From: a bacterium
GTDB taxonomy: Bacteria > Planctomycetota > UBA8108 > UBA1146
Assembly: GCA_029976805.1 (NCBI GenBank)
Contig: JAPOLY010000004.1
Coordinates: forward strand, 10,178-74,177
Direction of reading: 5' to 3'
DNA length: 64,000 nucleotides
The first letter of the stretch is position 1. Each line of letters opens with the position of its first letter. Made by a program: the position numbers and the translations under genes. The notes beneath the pieces were generated by a model. That model saw nothing but the letters and a program-made list of their open reading frames with translations, had not been told where the DNA came from and made no database searches. This document shows positions 1-9,814 of this stretch, piece after piece.

Positions 1-84
1 GTGGGAGCCGGACTCCCCCGCGACGATGATTTCAAATCGTGTCCCCATCGCCGCGAGGTCGCCGCGCTCCAACAAGTCCACCCC

Positions 85-1425
85 CTAGCCGATGGCGGAG
101 GCCGTCATCGTGGCCGGGTCGAACTCGAAAGCTTTGCCTTCCCACATCGAACGGGAAGCCAGATCAACGATCACCATCACTTTGGTTCCCAACTCGACAT
201 TGGAGTCGGGCTGGCGACGGGTGCGGATGCAATCGAGCCAATTCTTGCGCAGCGCATCCTGATCATTGCCGATGTTTTCACAGACGACTTCTTCGGGATC
301 GACATCATCCGCAAAGATTCGCTGCGGAACCATCTTGCAGTTACCACCATTGAGGTAGACGGTTCCCATGTGTCCACGGACCATCGTCTCCAGACCATTT
401 TCGTTGCAGGTCGATCCAGCCACGATCAGGGTGTGACCTTTTTCAAACTGGACCTGCAAATTGACCTGGTCGTGGTTTTCCATCGCTTTGTCGACATAGT
501 GACCACCGGTCGCGACAACGCGGGTCGGCCAACCCTGATCGAGGGCCATGACCAGCGGAGTCACCTCATGGACCAGCAAGTCTCCGATGATGCCCGTCGA
601 AGCATCCCGGTAACGGCGCCAGCGTGCGTAGAACGCCGGGTCCCACTCCCTCTTGCCCAGAGGGCCGCACCACATATCCCAGTCGAGAGTCTCACCCGGT
701 TGCACCTTGGGATCGATGCCGTAATAAAGCCACTCTCCATTCTTGGAGTTACGACAGTAGGAGGTCTGGCTGAAGGTCATCTTGCCGATGTCACCGCGCC
801 CCATCAGTTCTTGCGCCGCCTTGTATTTGGGCAACATGATCTTTTGGGTACCCACCTGAATCAGGACATCCGGATTTTGCCGTACCACTTCCCGGAGACG
901 CAAGGCGTCGGGAAGATTCAGGGTCATCGGCTTTTCAAGATAGACATCCTTGCCGGCAAGAAGGCAATCTTCCGCCTGCTTTCCATGCCAATGCTCTGGC
1001 GACGCGATGACGACTCCATGAATGTCATCTCGCTCAAGCATCTCGCGGTAATCGGTGTAGACCGCCACCTCTCCGCCCTGACTGTTATTGACCTTATCTT
1101 CAGCCACTTTGCGGCGAACGGTATTGACGTCGCAGACCGCAACGATTTGAACCTTCTCTTCGCCCTTCTTGGCGAAACGCATGAAGGAATCGATGTGGCC
1201 CCCACCCATACCGCCGGTTCCCAGAATGGCGATATTGACCAAACCGTCAGCCCCCAAAGGAGCTCGACTGCGGGCGTTACCGATGGCTCCAGGTACCGCT
1301 CCGATCCGTGCCGCGCCCGGAGCGACACAACCGGTGACGGCCATCGCTCCTGCAGCAAGAGCCGCACCCTTGAGAAAGTCCCTGCGGCCGTTTTGGGGTG
1401 CCGCATTGTGATTTTGCTGTGTCAT
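85..1425 (-). CDS. Gfo/Idh/MocA family NAD(P)-dependent oxidoreductase, TAT-exported
   Basis: ORF 85..1590 trimmed to ATG at 1425. N-term MTQQNHNAAPQNGRRDFLKGAALAAGAMA is a twin-arginine signal. Rossmann motif ILGTGGMGGGH and the EKP motif typical of this family. GAGAGGAA RBS upstream. Confidence 0.85.
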   Translation of the reverse strand: MTQQNHNAAPQNGRRDFLKGAALAAGAMAVTGCVAPGAARIGAVPGAIGNARSRAPLGADGLVNIAILGTGGMGGGHIDSFMRFAKKGEEKVQIVAVCDVNTVRRKVAEDKVNNSQGGEVAVYTDYREMLERDDIHGVVIASPEHWHGKQAEDCLLAGKDVYLEKPMTLNLPDALRLREVVRQNPDVLIQVGTQKIMLPKYKAAQELMGRGDIGKMTFSQTSYCRNSKNGEWLYYGIDPKVQPGETLDWDMWCGPLGKREWDPAFYARWRRYRDASTGIIGDLLVHEVTPLVMALDQGWPTRVVATGGHYVDKAMENHDQVNLQVQFEKGHTLIVAGSTCNENGLETMVRGHMGTVYLNGGNCKMVPQRIFADDVDPEEVVCENIGNDQDALRKNWLDCIRTRRQPDSNVELGTKVMVIVDLASRSMWEGKAFEFDPATMTASAIG

Positions 1426-1450
1426 TGCAGGTTCCTCTCTGCTTTTCAAT

Positions 1451-2419
1451 TCAGGATTTCTTGATTTCATTATCTTGCCACCAGCGATCGCGTTCCCTTT
1501 CGAGAAGTCTCTTGGTCGCAAGAATGCCTTCGGCTTCATCGCCGGCACCTTCAAACTCAATGCCGACGTAGCCCCGGTATCCGGCATCACGGACGAGTCT
1601 CATCATGCGCCGATAATCCGTGTGAACTTCGCTTCCGTTCTCATCAAACTCATGGCTCTTTGCGCTGACCGCTTTGGCAAAGGGCATCAATTCCTCAATC
1701 CCCTGATAACGGTCGTAGGTCTTTCCGTTGCCGAGGTTGAAATTGCCGAAATCAGGCAGCGTTCCACATCGGGGATGGTTCACCATCTTCATGACTCCAG
1801 CGAGCCATGCCCCATTCGAAGAAAGTCCGCCGTGATTTTCAACGATGACATTCAGTCCTTGGGAAGCACCATATTCGGTCAAACGGGACAGACCGTCCGC
1901 TGCAAGTCGCATCTGCTCCTCGTAACTGCCAGAGCTCGCGGCATTGACGCGGATGGAGTGACAACCCAGAAACTTCGCGGCATCGATCCAGCGATGATGA
2001 TTTTTGATGGCCCGTGTGCGAGCCGCATCGTCGGGGTCTCCCAGATTTCCTTCGCCATCGCACATGATCAGCAGGCTTTTGACTCCATGGTCTTCACAGC
2101 GCTGTCGAAGATCCTTGAGGTAGGCTTCATCTCGGGCCTTGTCCTTGAAGAAACTGTTGACGTACTCCACCGCATCGAGGCCAAACTTCTCCCGGGTGAC
2201 CTGGGGAAAGTCGAGGTTCGTCATCTCGCCCTTGCGAAGAGTTCGGTGCAAAGACCACTCCGCCAGAGAGATGTCGAATGTTTGCGGGGGACGAGGTCCA
2301 GGAATCAACTGATAACCTCCTACACTCAATCCTCCACAACCGGATAATCCAGCGGCCAAACCGGCACCGGCAAGGGACAGAAATTTCCTGCGATCGATGG
2401 ATTCAAAGGAGTCGTTCAT
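1451..2419 (-). CDS. sugar phosphate isomerase/epimerase (xylose-isomerase-like TIM barrel), TAT-exported
   Basis: ORF 1451..2503 trimmed to [24 protein letters not shown] (TAT motif). Its ATG overlaps the TGA of the upstream MFS gene (ATGA), so translational coupling. Divalent-metal TIM-barrel motifs (HGGL, IEFEG). Confidence 0.85.
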   Translation of the reverse strand: MNDSFESIDRRKFLSLAGAGLAAGLSGCGGLSVGGYQLIPGPRPPQTFDISLAEWSLHRTLRKGEMTNLDFPQVTREKFGLDAVEYVNSFFKDKARDEAYLKDLRQRCEDHGVKSLLIMCDGEGNLGDPDDAARTRAIKNHHRWIDAAKFLGCHSIRVNAASSGSYEEQMRLAADGLSRLTEYGASQGLNVIVENHGGLSSNGAWLAGVMKMVNHPRCGTLPDFGNFNLGNGKTYDRYQGIEELMPFAKAVSAKSHEFDENGSEVHTDYRRMMRLVRDAGYRGYVGIEFEGAGDEAEGILATKRLLERERDRWWQDNEIKKS

Positions 2420-3798
2420 GAGGCCGTTTTTTCTTCGTTGTCGGAGTTGGATCCAGAGGGGTAGCACAAGAGCAGGATTCCAATACAGACCACACTCGCC
2501 CACATCGGAATCGAGAAGAGACGCTCATAAGGCAGATGCCAGGGCGTCCCCTCCGTGATCACACTGGTGTCACTCGCCCAAACAGAGACACTTGTGGCGA
2601 TCTTGCTGCCCACGATGATGCCGATTCCGACGATCACCAGATTAAAGAGACTCTGTGCGCTGGCACGGATGTCCACCCGGCACTCTTCATCGACGATCAT
2701 GAAGGCGACAAAGATGAAGCAGCCGAAACAGAATCCATGCAGAGCCACTCCCACGAGCACCAGCCCCATGGCAGATTCACCGAGCCAACCCGGTGCATAG
2801 GCGAAGATGGCCATTCGCAAGGCGTAGGCGATCAATCCCATGAGCAACAGTTGCTTCCGCGAAAACTTGCTGGCCAGCAGGGGAATCATTGCGAGAACCA
2901 GAATCTCACTCATTTGGCCCACCGTCATCAGGCCTCCACCACCAATTCCAAACAGGGTATTGATGGAGTTTGCGAGATCGGCGTCATTCAACTGCGTTTG
3001 CAGTGTGCCCAAAAACCCGGATGTGTGGACAAAGTAGAACTGATGGATACAGGAGATCGGCACCGCGAGAGCAAAAAGGGTCAACAAAGGCTGACGCTTG
3101 ACCTCACCCAGAGCGGCAAAGGTCGCATTGTCCTCCGCTTTTCCTCCGGGTGGTGTGGCAGGAAGCAGAAAACAGAAGATTCCCATTCCTGCACCGATGA
3201 TGGCTGACAGTCTGAACGCATCCGCGTAGCCCGCATAAACCTCGGGGCTTGCCGCATTGGCAAAATCTCCCCCCGCATAACTTTTGAGAAGATGTTGGCC
3301 GATGATGATTCCAACCGCGATCCACCCCACCGTGCCCCATACCCGAACACGACCAAAGTCGCGATCCCGATCAGGGAGATGATGAAAACTCAGGGAATTG
3401 GTCAGCGACAGAGTCGGTGAATAGATCAAACTGTAGATCAGACTGTAGATCAGAAATTGGTTCACAGCCCCCTCACCGGGCTCGATGGAAGCCAATTGCC
3501 AAACCACGGCTGCGCCCGCCAAATGACTGATTCCCAGGAAATGCTCTGTCCGAAAGAATCGATCCGCAATCTGGCCGGCGATAAAGGGAGCCAGAATCGC
3601 ACCGACGGCACCCACCGCGAACATGTTGCCAATGTCTGCGTCCGCAAACTTCATGTGATTCTTGAGATAGGGGTACAACAGCGGCAGCCATGCCCCCCAG
3701 ATCGCATACTGGAGAAACATCATCAGCGACAATTTGAAATTCAGAACTTTATCGAGGGGCTGAGTCACGGTTACCCTTCCAGTGACAGAGGTCGTCAA
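2416..3798 (-). CDS. MFS transporter, nucleoside:H+ symporter (NupG/XapB)-like
   Basis: 460 aa, about 12 hydrophobic segments. N-terminal motif [19 protein letters not shown] resembles the NupG family. True start may be downstream of 3798. Contains an in-frame 12-nt tandem repeat coding [12 protein letters not shown]. Confidence 0.8.
   Translation of the reverse strand: MTTSVTGRVTVTQPLDKVLNFKLSLMMFLQYAIWGAWLPLLYPYLKNHMKFADADIGNMFAVGAVGAILAPFIAGQIADRFFRTEHFLGISHLAGAAVVWQLASIEPGEGAVNQFLIYSLIYSLIYSPTLSLTNSLSFHHLPDRDRDFGRVRVWGTVGWIAVGIIIGQHLLKSYAGGDFANAASPEVYAGYADAFRLSAIIGAGMGIFCFLLPATPPGGKAEDNATFAALGEVKRQPLLTLFALAVPISCIHQFYFVHTSGFLGTLQTQLNDADLANSINTLFGIGGGGLMTVGQMSEILVLAMIPLLASKFSRKQLLLMGLIAYALRMAIFAYAPGWLGESAMGLVLVGVALHGFCFGCFIFVAFMIVDEECRVDIRASAQSLFNLVIVGIGIIVGSKIATSVSVWASDTSVITEGTPWHLPYERLFSIPMWASVVCIGILLLCYPSGSNSDNEEKTAS
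3419..3456. repeat. 12-nt tandem repeat (about 3 units, ctgtagatcaga) inside the MFS CDS
   Basis: atagatcaaa ctgtagatcaga ctgtagatcaga seen directly; translates to [12 protein letters not shown]. Confidence 0.6.
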
Positions 3799-3972
3799 CC
3801 GAGGCAGACTCCGACGGGTCTCGACTGAAAAATCCGAACCAGGCCCGATTTGGCCTGCCAGAACCCCATCCAGTCACGACTCTATGGCGGATCAACAGGG
3901 AAAAGATCGTAAGGTCTGTGATCTTCCGAGGCTATGACCGACCCCTGAACCCATGAACGGAAGGAATCGTCG

Positions 3973-4689
3973 ATGAAGACCCGAATACTTTCACTGAGGA
4001 TCCCGCTGTGGACTCCTCTCTGGTTCTTCCTTCCAGCACTGATCCTGTCTGCACTGATCGCCGGCTGCTCCGGAATCCCCTCACTTGGCTCTGAAACCCA
4101 CTCCCGGGAGACCTCCCTCTTCGACGGAGTCTCCCTGAATGGCTGGCAGGGGCTGGTTGCCAACCCCTATCAACTTCAGAACATGGACGACGCGGAGAAA
4201 ACACAACTCCAGACAGAAGCGAATGAACAGATGCGCCGGCACTGGAAAGTGGAGGCCGGGGTCCTGTGCTTCGACGGAAAAGGCAGTCATCTGGTGACTG
4301 AACACGAATATGGAGATTTTGAGCTGCAAATGGAGTGGCAAATCACCCCGGGAGGAGACAGCGGGGTCTATTTGAGGGGTTGCCCACAGGTTCAGATCTG
4401 GGATCACCTGAAAAATCCCGTCGGCTCCGGGGGACTCTTCAATAATCAAAAAGCTGGGGCAACACCCCTGGAAGTGGCAGACTCTCCCCTTGGGGATTGG
4501 AATCACTTTCGTATCCTGCTGAAGGCGGATCGAGTCACCGTATACTTGAATGACAGGTTAGTTGTTAATGACACTCCCCTGGAAAACTACTGGCGGAGAA
4601 CCGAGCCGCTCCCCATCCGCGGTCCCATTGAACTGCAAAGCCACGGCACCCCCCTGAAATTTCGGAATATCACCATAAGGGAACTCTAA
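3973..4689 (+). CDS. DUF1080 (3-keto-disaccharide hydrolase family) lipoprotein
   Basis: 238 aa. Signal peptide with lipobox LIAGC|SG. Conserved DUF1080 core (WKVEAGVL...GDFELQMEWQI...GDSGVYLRG...IELQSHGTPLKFRNI). Divergent from the MFS/isomerase/oxidoreductase operon. Confidence 0.85.
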   Translation: MKTRILSLRIPLWTPLWFFLPALILSALIAGCSGIPSLGSETHSRETSLFDGVSLNGWQGLVANPYQLQNMDDAEKTQLQTEANEQMRRHWKVEAGVLCFDGKGSHLVTEHEYGDFELQMEWQITPGGDSGVYLRGCPQVQIWDHLKNPVGSGGLFNNQKAGATPLEVADSPLGDWNHFRILLKADRVTVYLNDRLVVNDTPLENYWRRTEPLPIRGPIELQSHGTPLKFRNITIREL

Positions 4690-4860
4690 GCCTGAATCCC
4701 TTCTGAGACAGTCTCTCGTGCGTTTTTTACAAACTAGTGCTTGAATCCCAATGTAAACACCACGAAACTACTTACAAATGGCCGAAATTATGGCCACAAG
4801 TAAATATTCATACTTCTGAGACCTGTCGTTCTTTATCGACCCATGGGAGGAATTCGATCG

Positions 4861-6204
4861 ATGTCACGCTTTATTTCACATGCCATGATCTTTGCCGTCA
4901 TGACACTCGTCCCCTTCGGCACTGCCGATTCACAGACGATGAACGGGGGATCCGCTTCCGGAGCCGCCGGTTCATCCGTAGCGGTCGATTTCACCATGGA
5001 CGCCGGTGCAGGCGAGATTCAGGGCTGGTCTCTGGGTGTTTGCAACGGGCCTGAGGTGACTCCCACCAGTGTTGGAACTGGAGATGGTGCCGCCAACAGC
5101 ACCTCTACCGTAAAAAATGGCAGTCCAGCCGACTTCATTGAAGACAGTCTCTACCCCGATGGATGGACCCAAGGGGTCGTCATCTGTTTCACCGGGTGCG
5201 CAACTCTTCCTGCTGGAACCAGCGGATTCCTTCTGGCCATCACCAGTTATGACATCGACGGTGGAGCTTCTCCCGGAGATTTCCCCCTCGACTACTGCTC
5301 GTCCCTCGGGTCACCGCCGGTGAGCACGGTGGTCGTTGTTGGTGGATCTTCCAATACCCCCTCCACCAACAGTGGATCGATCACTGTCGTCGACATTCCC
5401 GATCCGGGCTATTCCTACACCGCTTCCGACAGAACCGTCAATTATTCGCCAGACGACGGCAATGCATCCTTCAGCATCGACGTCACCATTGCCGAAATTG
5501 ACAACAGTGCTCTGGGAACTCCGTTCCCGAATGCCACCCAAGGCTTTTCCATGGGCCTGGCCCATGACCCTGCCCTTCTCGAAGCCTCTTCAGTCTCCTT
5601 CACCGGATCTGTGGCTGCTCTCGACGGAGGCAATGGCCCCGGATTCGCAGAACTCAGCATCTACACCGACGGTTGGACCGGTGGAGTCGTTTACTCCTTC
5701 ATTGGTGCCGAGACGATCACCTTCAGTGCTGCGGGTGAGACCGCCGTCATCGCCGATTACTCCACGGTTGCCGGAGCTCTGGCGGGAGACGAGGACGGAG
5801 CAGCTTCCGCTCTCACATGGTCCTCTGGACTCGGATCACCTCCGGTCAGCAATGTCATGGTGGTCGGTGGAAACTCACTGGCTGCTCAACTCAACGATGC
5901 CTCGATCACCTTTGAAGCGGTTTCCGTGACTCCATTCCTGCGCAGTGACGCCAATGCGGACGGTCGCAACGACGTCGCCGATGCGATCTGGATGCTCTCA
6001 GACCTCTTCCTGGGTGGGCCGACCTACAACTGCCTTGCCGCCAACGACGCCAATGGCGACGGTTTTTACGACACTGCAGACCCGGTCTTCGTGATCAGCT
6101 ACCAGTTCCTCGACGGAGCGGCACCTTCCGCCCCGTTCCCGGATTGCGGAATTGCCGCAGATCAGGAGCCGACCGACTGCCTTGAGCACCCTTACTGCAA
6201 CTAG
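4861..6204 (+). CDS. secreted repeat protein with C-terminal type-I dockerin repeat pair and Cys-rich tail
   Basis: ORF 4843..6204; start at MSRFISHAMIFAVMTLVPFGTA (signal peptide) with GGAGGA RBS 9 nt upstream. Two internal about 200-aa repeats (DGWTQGVV...SSLGSPPVSTVVVVGG / DGWTGGVV...SGLGSPPVSNVMVVGG). C-term DANADGRNDVADAIWMLSDLF + NDANGDGFYDTADPVFVISYQF dockerin motifs, then PFPDCG...DCLEHPYC. Confidence 0.7.
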   Translation: MSRFISHAMIFAVMTLVPFGTADSQTMNGGSASGAAGSSVAVDFTMDAGAGEIQGWSLGVCNGPEVTPTSVGTGDGAANSTSTVKNGSPADFIEDSLYPDGWTQGVVICFTGCATLPAGTSGFLLAITSYDIDGGASPGDFPLDYCSSLGSPPVSTVVVVGGSSNTPSTNSGSITVVDIPDPGYSYTASDRTVNYSPDDGNASFSIDVTIAEIDNSALGTPFPNATQGFSMGLAHDPALLEASSVSFTGSVAALDGGNGPGFAELSIYTDGWTGGVVYSFIGAETITFSAAGETAVIADYSTVAGALAGDEDGAASALTWSSGLGSPPVSNVMVVGGNSLAAQLNDASITFEAVSVTPFLRSDANADGRNDVADAIWMLSDLFLGGPTYNCLAANDANGDGFYDTADPVFVISYQFLDGAAPSAPFPDCGIAADQEPTDCLEHPYCN

Positions 6205-6221
6205 CAAGGCTGTCTCAGCAT

Positions 6222-6264
6222 AAAAAAGTGGTGTGATCCGAAGTTCGGATCACACCACTTTTCA
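6222..6264. terminator. bidirectional rho-independent terminator (perfect about 17-bp palindrome flanked by A- and T-tracts)
   Basis: aaaaaagtggtgtgatccgaa g ttcggatcacaccactttt, between convergent genes ending at 6204 (+) and 6284 (-). Confidence 0.65.
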
Positions 6265-6283
6265 TTTCAGAGAAACCGTTTCG

Positions 6284-7303
6284 TCAGGGCGAATCGATTT
6301 CCACAGCCAAGCCACTCGAGAGACTTCGAGCCTCCGCCTGAATCCACCGCGCCACATTTGCCGCCTCCGCCAAAGTCGGGGCAGGCGTTGAGGACTCCCC
6401 CCTGACCAGAGACAGAAAGTGCTCGATCTCCAACTGATACCCACCGGTCGGGGTCAGTTCGATCTCTTCCACCGAATCTCCCTGATAAAGGAGCAACTCC
6501 CGTCCCTCACGTGCAAGGTCGTAATCTGCGACGCCATCTGCAAAGGAAACCCGATAGCGCATTTGAAAGGGGTAACTGGCTGCGGGATACCATGCGCCCT
6601 CCGCTGTGACAGAAGAGGGCCCCTCTGGATAGGCGAATGTGGTCAGCATCTGATTTCGATCACCACTGGTCGTCACCGTCGAGGGAGATCCGAAAGTGGA
6701 CAAAATGAAATCCACGTCATGAATATGAAGATCAGTCAGAGCTCCGCCGGAACGGGATTCATCGTGATAAAAATCCTGACTCCAGCCGGGTATGGCACCA
6801 ATCCTTTGAAAGCGGGCAGTATTGACCGGGCCCAAACAACCGGTTTTGACTTGCTCACGCAACCATGACCAACCAGGCCAGTAACGCATGCACATCGCTG
6901 GCATGCATTCTCTACCGCTCTCTCGAGCCACCGTCGCCAGTTTCTCAATCTCTTCAGCCTCGAGGGCAACCGGCTTTTCTATGAGGACATCCTTGCCCGC
7001 CTGCAAGACGAGAGTGGCCAGCTCCACATGGGTGTCCGTGGGTGTGCACAGGCTGACCGCTTCCACCCCGGTATCCGCCAGAAAAGAGTCGAGGTCCCGG
7101 TGATGAGTGATTCCCAGATCGAGAGGGTTCACTTCCTCTTCCGCTCCCGTCTCGACATTTCCTGCCGAAGCAGAGTTAAGGTCCTCGGGGCACTGGATCG
7201 CCACCACTCTGGCATTGGCACCGCCTTCGATGGCATCCAGCCATGCCCGCAAATGGGTCTTGCCCATAAATCCAAAACCGATGATTCCAATTCCTGTCGC
7301 CAT
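6284..7303 (-). CDS. Gfo/Idh/MocA family oxidoreductase (cytoplasmic, no signal peptide)
   Basis: ORF 6284..7330 trimmed to MATGIGIIGFGFMGKTH (Rossmann GxGxxG). EKP motif (LIEKPVAL). Confidence 0.85.
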   Translation of the reverse strand: MATGIGIIGFGFMGKTHLRAWLDAIEGGANARVVAIQCPEDLNSASAGNVETGAEEEVNPLDLGITHHRDLDSFLADTGVEAVSLCTPTDTHVELATLVLQAGKDVLIEKPVALEAEEIEKLATVARESGRECMPAMCMRYWPGWSWLREQVKTGCLGPVNTARFQRIGAIPGWSQDFYHDESRSGGALTDLHIHDVDFILSTFGSPSTVTTSGDRNQMLTTFAYPEGPSSVTAEGAWYPAASYPFQMRYRVSFADGVADYDLAREGRELLLYQGDSVEEIELTPTGGYQLEIEHFLSLVRGESSTPAPTLAEAANVARWIQAEARSLSSGLAVEIDSP

Positions 7304-7314
7304 CTTCCTGCCCC

Positions 7315-8130
7315 TCAAATTCCCTGCCACTCGCTCAACCTTGAAGAAGCCACTTTCACGTCCCCGATTCGATCGTCGCCGGCTTCTCTTTCAATTACGA
7401 GATCCACGGCCAGATCGCGCTCCCGGATGACTTCAAAAAATCGTCCCCAATCGACACTTCCCGTGCCCACGGGGACTTCACTCCCCCAGGTCCCGGCTGT
7501 TGCAGAGGGATCGGCGTCCTTGATGTGAATCTGTCGAACCCAGGGAGAAAGGAGATCCAGAGAGGAGACCGGTTCACCCATACCGTAGAGGATCATATTG
7601 GCCGGGTCGAAATTGACTCCGATTCCCGGGTGATTCATCTCTTGAAGGACGGTCTGCAGAGTCTCTGCACTTTCCTGCCCCGTCTCCAGGGCAACCTGAC
7701 AACCCTGTTCAGCGAAGACGTCTGCGATCATCACCAGACGATCCATCATCTGCTGTCGCTCTGGGTCAGCGGGATCATGGGGAATGAAGCCGGCATGATA
7801 TGTGACCAAGTTCAATCCCAGTTCACTGGCCAATACCGCGTTTCCACGGGCGTTTTCAAGGTTGGCCCCCCAAGTCTGATCAGGACGAACTCCACCCGTT
7901 TCCCTGATCGTCTCAAAGGTGGAATAATCTTCTCCCACCATCTCCATCATTCCACTGACGACGATCAAATCCGATTCCCGAAGCATCTGCAGATCCTCGG
8001 TCACGGAAGTGGAAGAACGCAAAGGATCCAGAGCGAGCTGAATCCCTTTCACACCGGTTTCACCAACTTTGGTCAAAAGGTCCTGCATCCCTGTGGGTTG
8101 CAGAGACCAGGAACAAACCGCTTTACGCAT
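7315..8130 (-). CDS. sugar phosphate isomerase/epimerase (xylose-isomerase-like TIM barrel)
   Basis: ORF 7315..8142; ATG at 8130 (MRKAVCSWSL) with GAGGAT upstream; GTG at 8142 is an alternative. 11-nt gap to the downstream Gfo gene, so an operon. Confidence 0.8.
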   Translation of the reverse strand: MRKAVCSWSLQPTGMQDLLTKVGETGVKGIQLALDPLRSSTSVTEDLQMLRESDLIVVSGMMEMVGEDYSTFETIRETGGVRPDQTWGANLENARGNAVLASELGLNLVTYHAGFIPHDPADPERQQMMDRLVMIADVFAEQGCQVALETGQESAETLQTVLQEMNHPGIGVNFDPANMILYGMGEPVSSLDLLSPWVRQIHIKDADPSATAGTWGSEVPVGTGSVDWGRFFEVIRERDLAVDLVIEREAGDDRIGDVKVASSRLSEWQGI

Positions 8131-8373
8131 CGGAATCCTCACGCTTCAGAACGCTGAACCAGAGCCTCCGCTTACCAGCAGAGGACTGCAAGATTTGTGT
8201 GCCCCAGCATCCTTGTCGATGAATCGACAAGCAAGACGGAAATACCCTGAGCGACAGGGAATCCGAAAACCGAATTCAAAGTGAAGGGAGAATGTGATTG
8301 TGATGGAAAATGAGAATAGGAACGGAGTTGCGTGTGTTCATAAAACAGGACGGGAAATAAGGTAAAAAGAAAA

Positions 8374-8475
<102 letters not shown>

Positions 8476-8533
8476 TGAGCATACGAAGGCAGGTGACAAG
8501 ATTTCGCTAAGACGAATTCCTGCCAGAGGATGA

Positions 8534-8561
8534 AGCATATCCCTCTTCTCGGTTCTGTCAA
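8534..8561 (-). promoter_or_regulatory. putative sigma-70 promoter for tRNA-Asp (TTGACA-N16-TATGCT)
   Basis: Minus-strand TTGACA (rc of 8556-8561), 16-nt spacer, TATGCT (rc of 8534-8539), about 70 nt upstream of the mature 5' end. Confidence 0.4.
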
Positions 8562-8679
8562 GATCACCTGTTGGCAAACCGGAAATGACTTCCGAAAGAA
8601 GGCGGGAATCACAATTTTGGCACGATCAAAGGCCGAAAATCGTCGTTTTATTCACGGGTTTGGTTGTGTGGGGAAAAGG

Positions 8680-9225
8680 TCAAAACAACTGCAGAATCGC
8701 CCAGAAACCGATGGCAAAGTTGAGGGCAACTTTGGCCACCAGCCCGACCGCCTTGCCGATTGCCGAGGCGAGACCGATCTTGACCGCCTGCTCTGTTCCG
8801 GCCGCTTCTTCCCCTTGCATCTCCCCAAAAATCGCTCCGAACAGGGTTCCGACAACGATTCCCAGCAAGCCTCCGAAGAGTGGGAACAGCAGATTTCCAA
8901 AGATCGCTCCGGCAAAGCCCCCGATCATGCCGCCCACCGCCCCTCGCCAGCGGGAGCCTGCGGCCTTTCCGCCCACCAGACCACTGACGAATTCGAACCC
9001 TTCCGCCAACAATCCCAAACCAAACAGGGTCAATACGATTTCTCCCCCGATGATGACTTCACCAGCAGCGTCGGACACCCCGGAGAGCCATAAAATGGCG
9101 GCAGTCACACCGGGAAAAAATTGGCCCGGAAATCCCATTGCCACCAAAAAACACCCCAACAATGAGGAGAGTGCAATGACGAGGTAGTAGATCCCTCCAA
9201 CGGTCTCCGCTAGGGTAATTTCCAT
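8680..9225 (-). CDS. DUF456-like integral membrane protein
   Basis: ORF 8680..9291 trimmed to MEITLAETVGGIYYLVIAL with GGAAGGG RBS. Gly-rich hydrophobic segments (GGLLGIVVGTLFGAIFG). Confidence 0.65.
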   Translation of the reverse strand: MEITLAETVGGIYYLVIALSSLLGCFLVAMGFPGQFFPGVTAAILWLSGVSDAAGEVIIGGEIVLTLFGLGLLAEGFEFVSGLVGGKAAGSRWRGAVGGMIGGFAGAIFGNLLFPLFGGLLGIVVGTLFGAIFGEMQGEEAAGTEQAVKIGLASAIGKAVGLVAKVALNFAIGFWAILQLF

Positions 9226-9348
9226 GGGGTTCCCTTCCAAATGGCGGATCCCGGGTCGCGATACCTGACAAGATGCTTCGCACGTGACCACTGAACAAAA
9301 AACTTTGCAAGAGAGCTGACACCCTCAGCCTCCGAAAAGGATGCCATC

Positions 9349-9786
9349 ATGAGCCCCACTGACAAACAAGAATCCCTGTCACTTCGGAGCAACCTTTCCA
9401 TGCCGATCTTTCATCTGGTCTGCCTGCTGCTGGTGAGTCTGATCAGCTTCAGTGGCTGCTCAGGAACTCAGGGAGTAATAAACACCGTCGACAGCTCTGC
9501 CTCGGCGACACCGATCTCCTGGTCGAGAGTCCTTCTTGAAGATGAGTTGGTGGGATATGTCGGGTTTCGAAAAATCGACGTCAAGGTCGGTGGAACCCAA
9601 ACAGAGAACGAAATCAACTACGTGTACAATACTGTCTTTAACATCCTTGGCTCCTTTGATGCCTCCGGCAACACAAAGGTCTTCCGTCGCAATCAACCCG
9701 TCATGCTGGGAACCTTTGCCCCTGAGGAGTCCTTCAAACAAATCACAGGCCTGACGGGCAGAATCGAGATCGTCGAGGGTCTTTAG
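9349..9786 (+). CDS. hypothetical lipoprotein
   Basis: 145 aa. Hydrophobic N-terminus with lipobox ISFSGC|SG. AAAGG 8 nt upstream. Start could instead be the internal Met (MPIFHLV, 9400). Confidence 0.5.
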   Translation: MSPTDKQESLSLRSNLSMPIFHLVCLLLVSLISFSGCSGTQGVINTVDSSASATPISWSRVLLEDELVGYVGFRKIDVKVGGTQTENEINYVYNTVFNILGSFDASGNTKVFRRNQPVMLGTFAPEESFKQITGLTGRIEIVEGL

Positions 9787-9814
9787 TAGCCACCTGATCA
9801 AGAAGGAGCACCGG

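Noticed and set aside
1-1464. 487-aa ORF on + strand across the first 1.4 kb
   Set aside because: Antisense to a well-supported Gfo/Idh/MocA gene with TAT signal. Low-complexity R/G/H-rich translation typical of high-GC antisense frames.
8585-9187. 200-aa Pro/Ala-rich ORF (+) and 8530..9093
   Set aside because: Antisense to the DUF456 membrane protein; compositionally biased.
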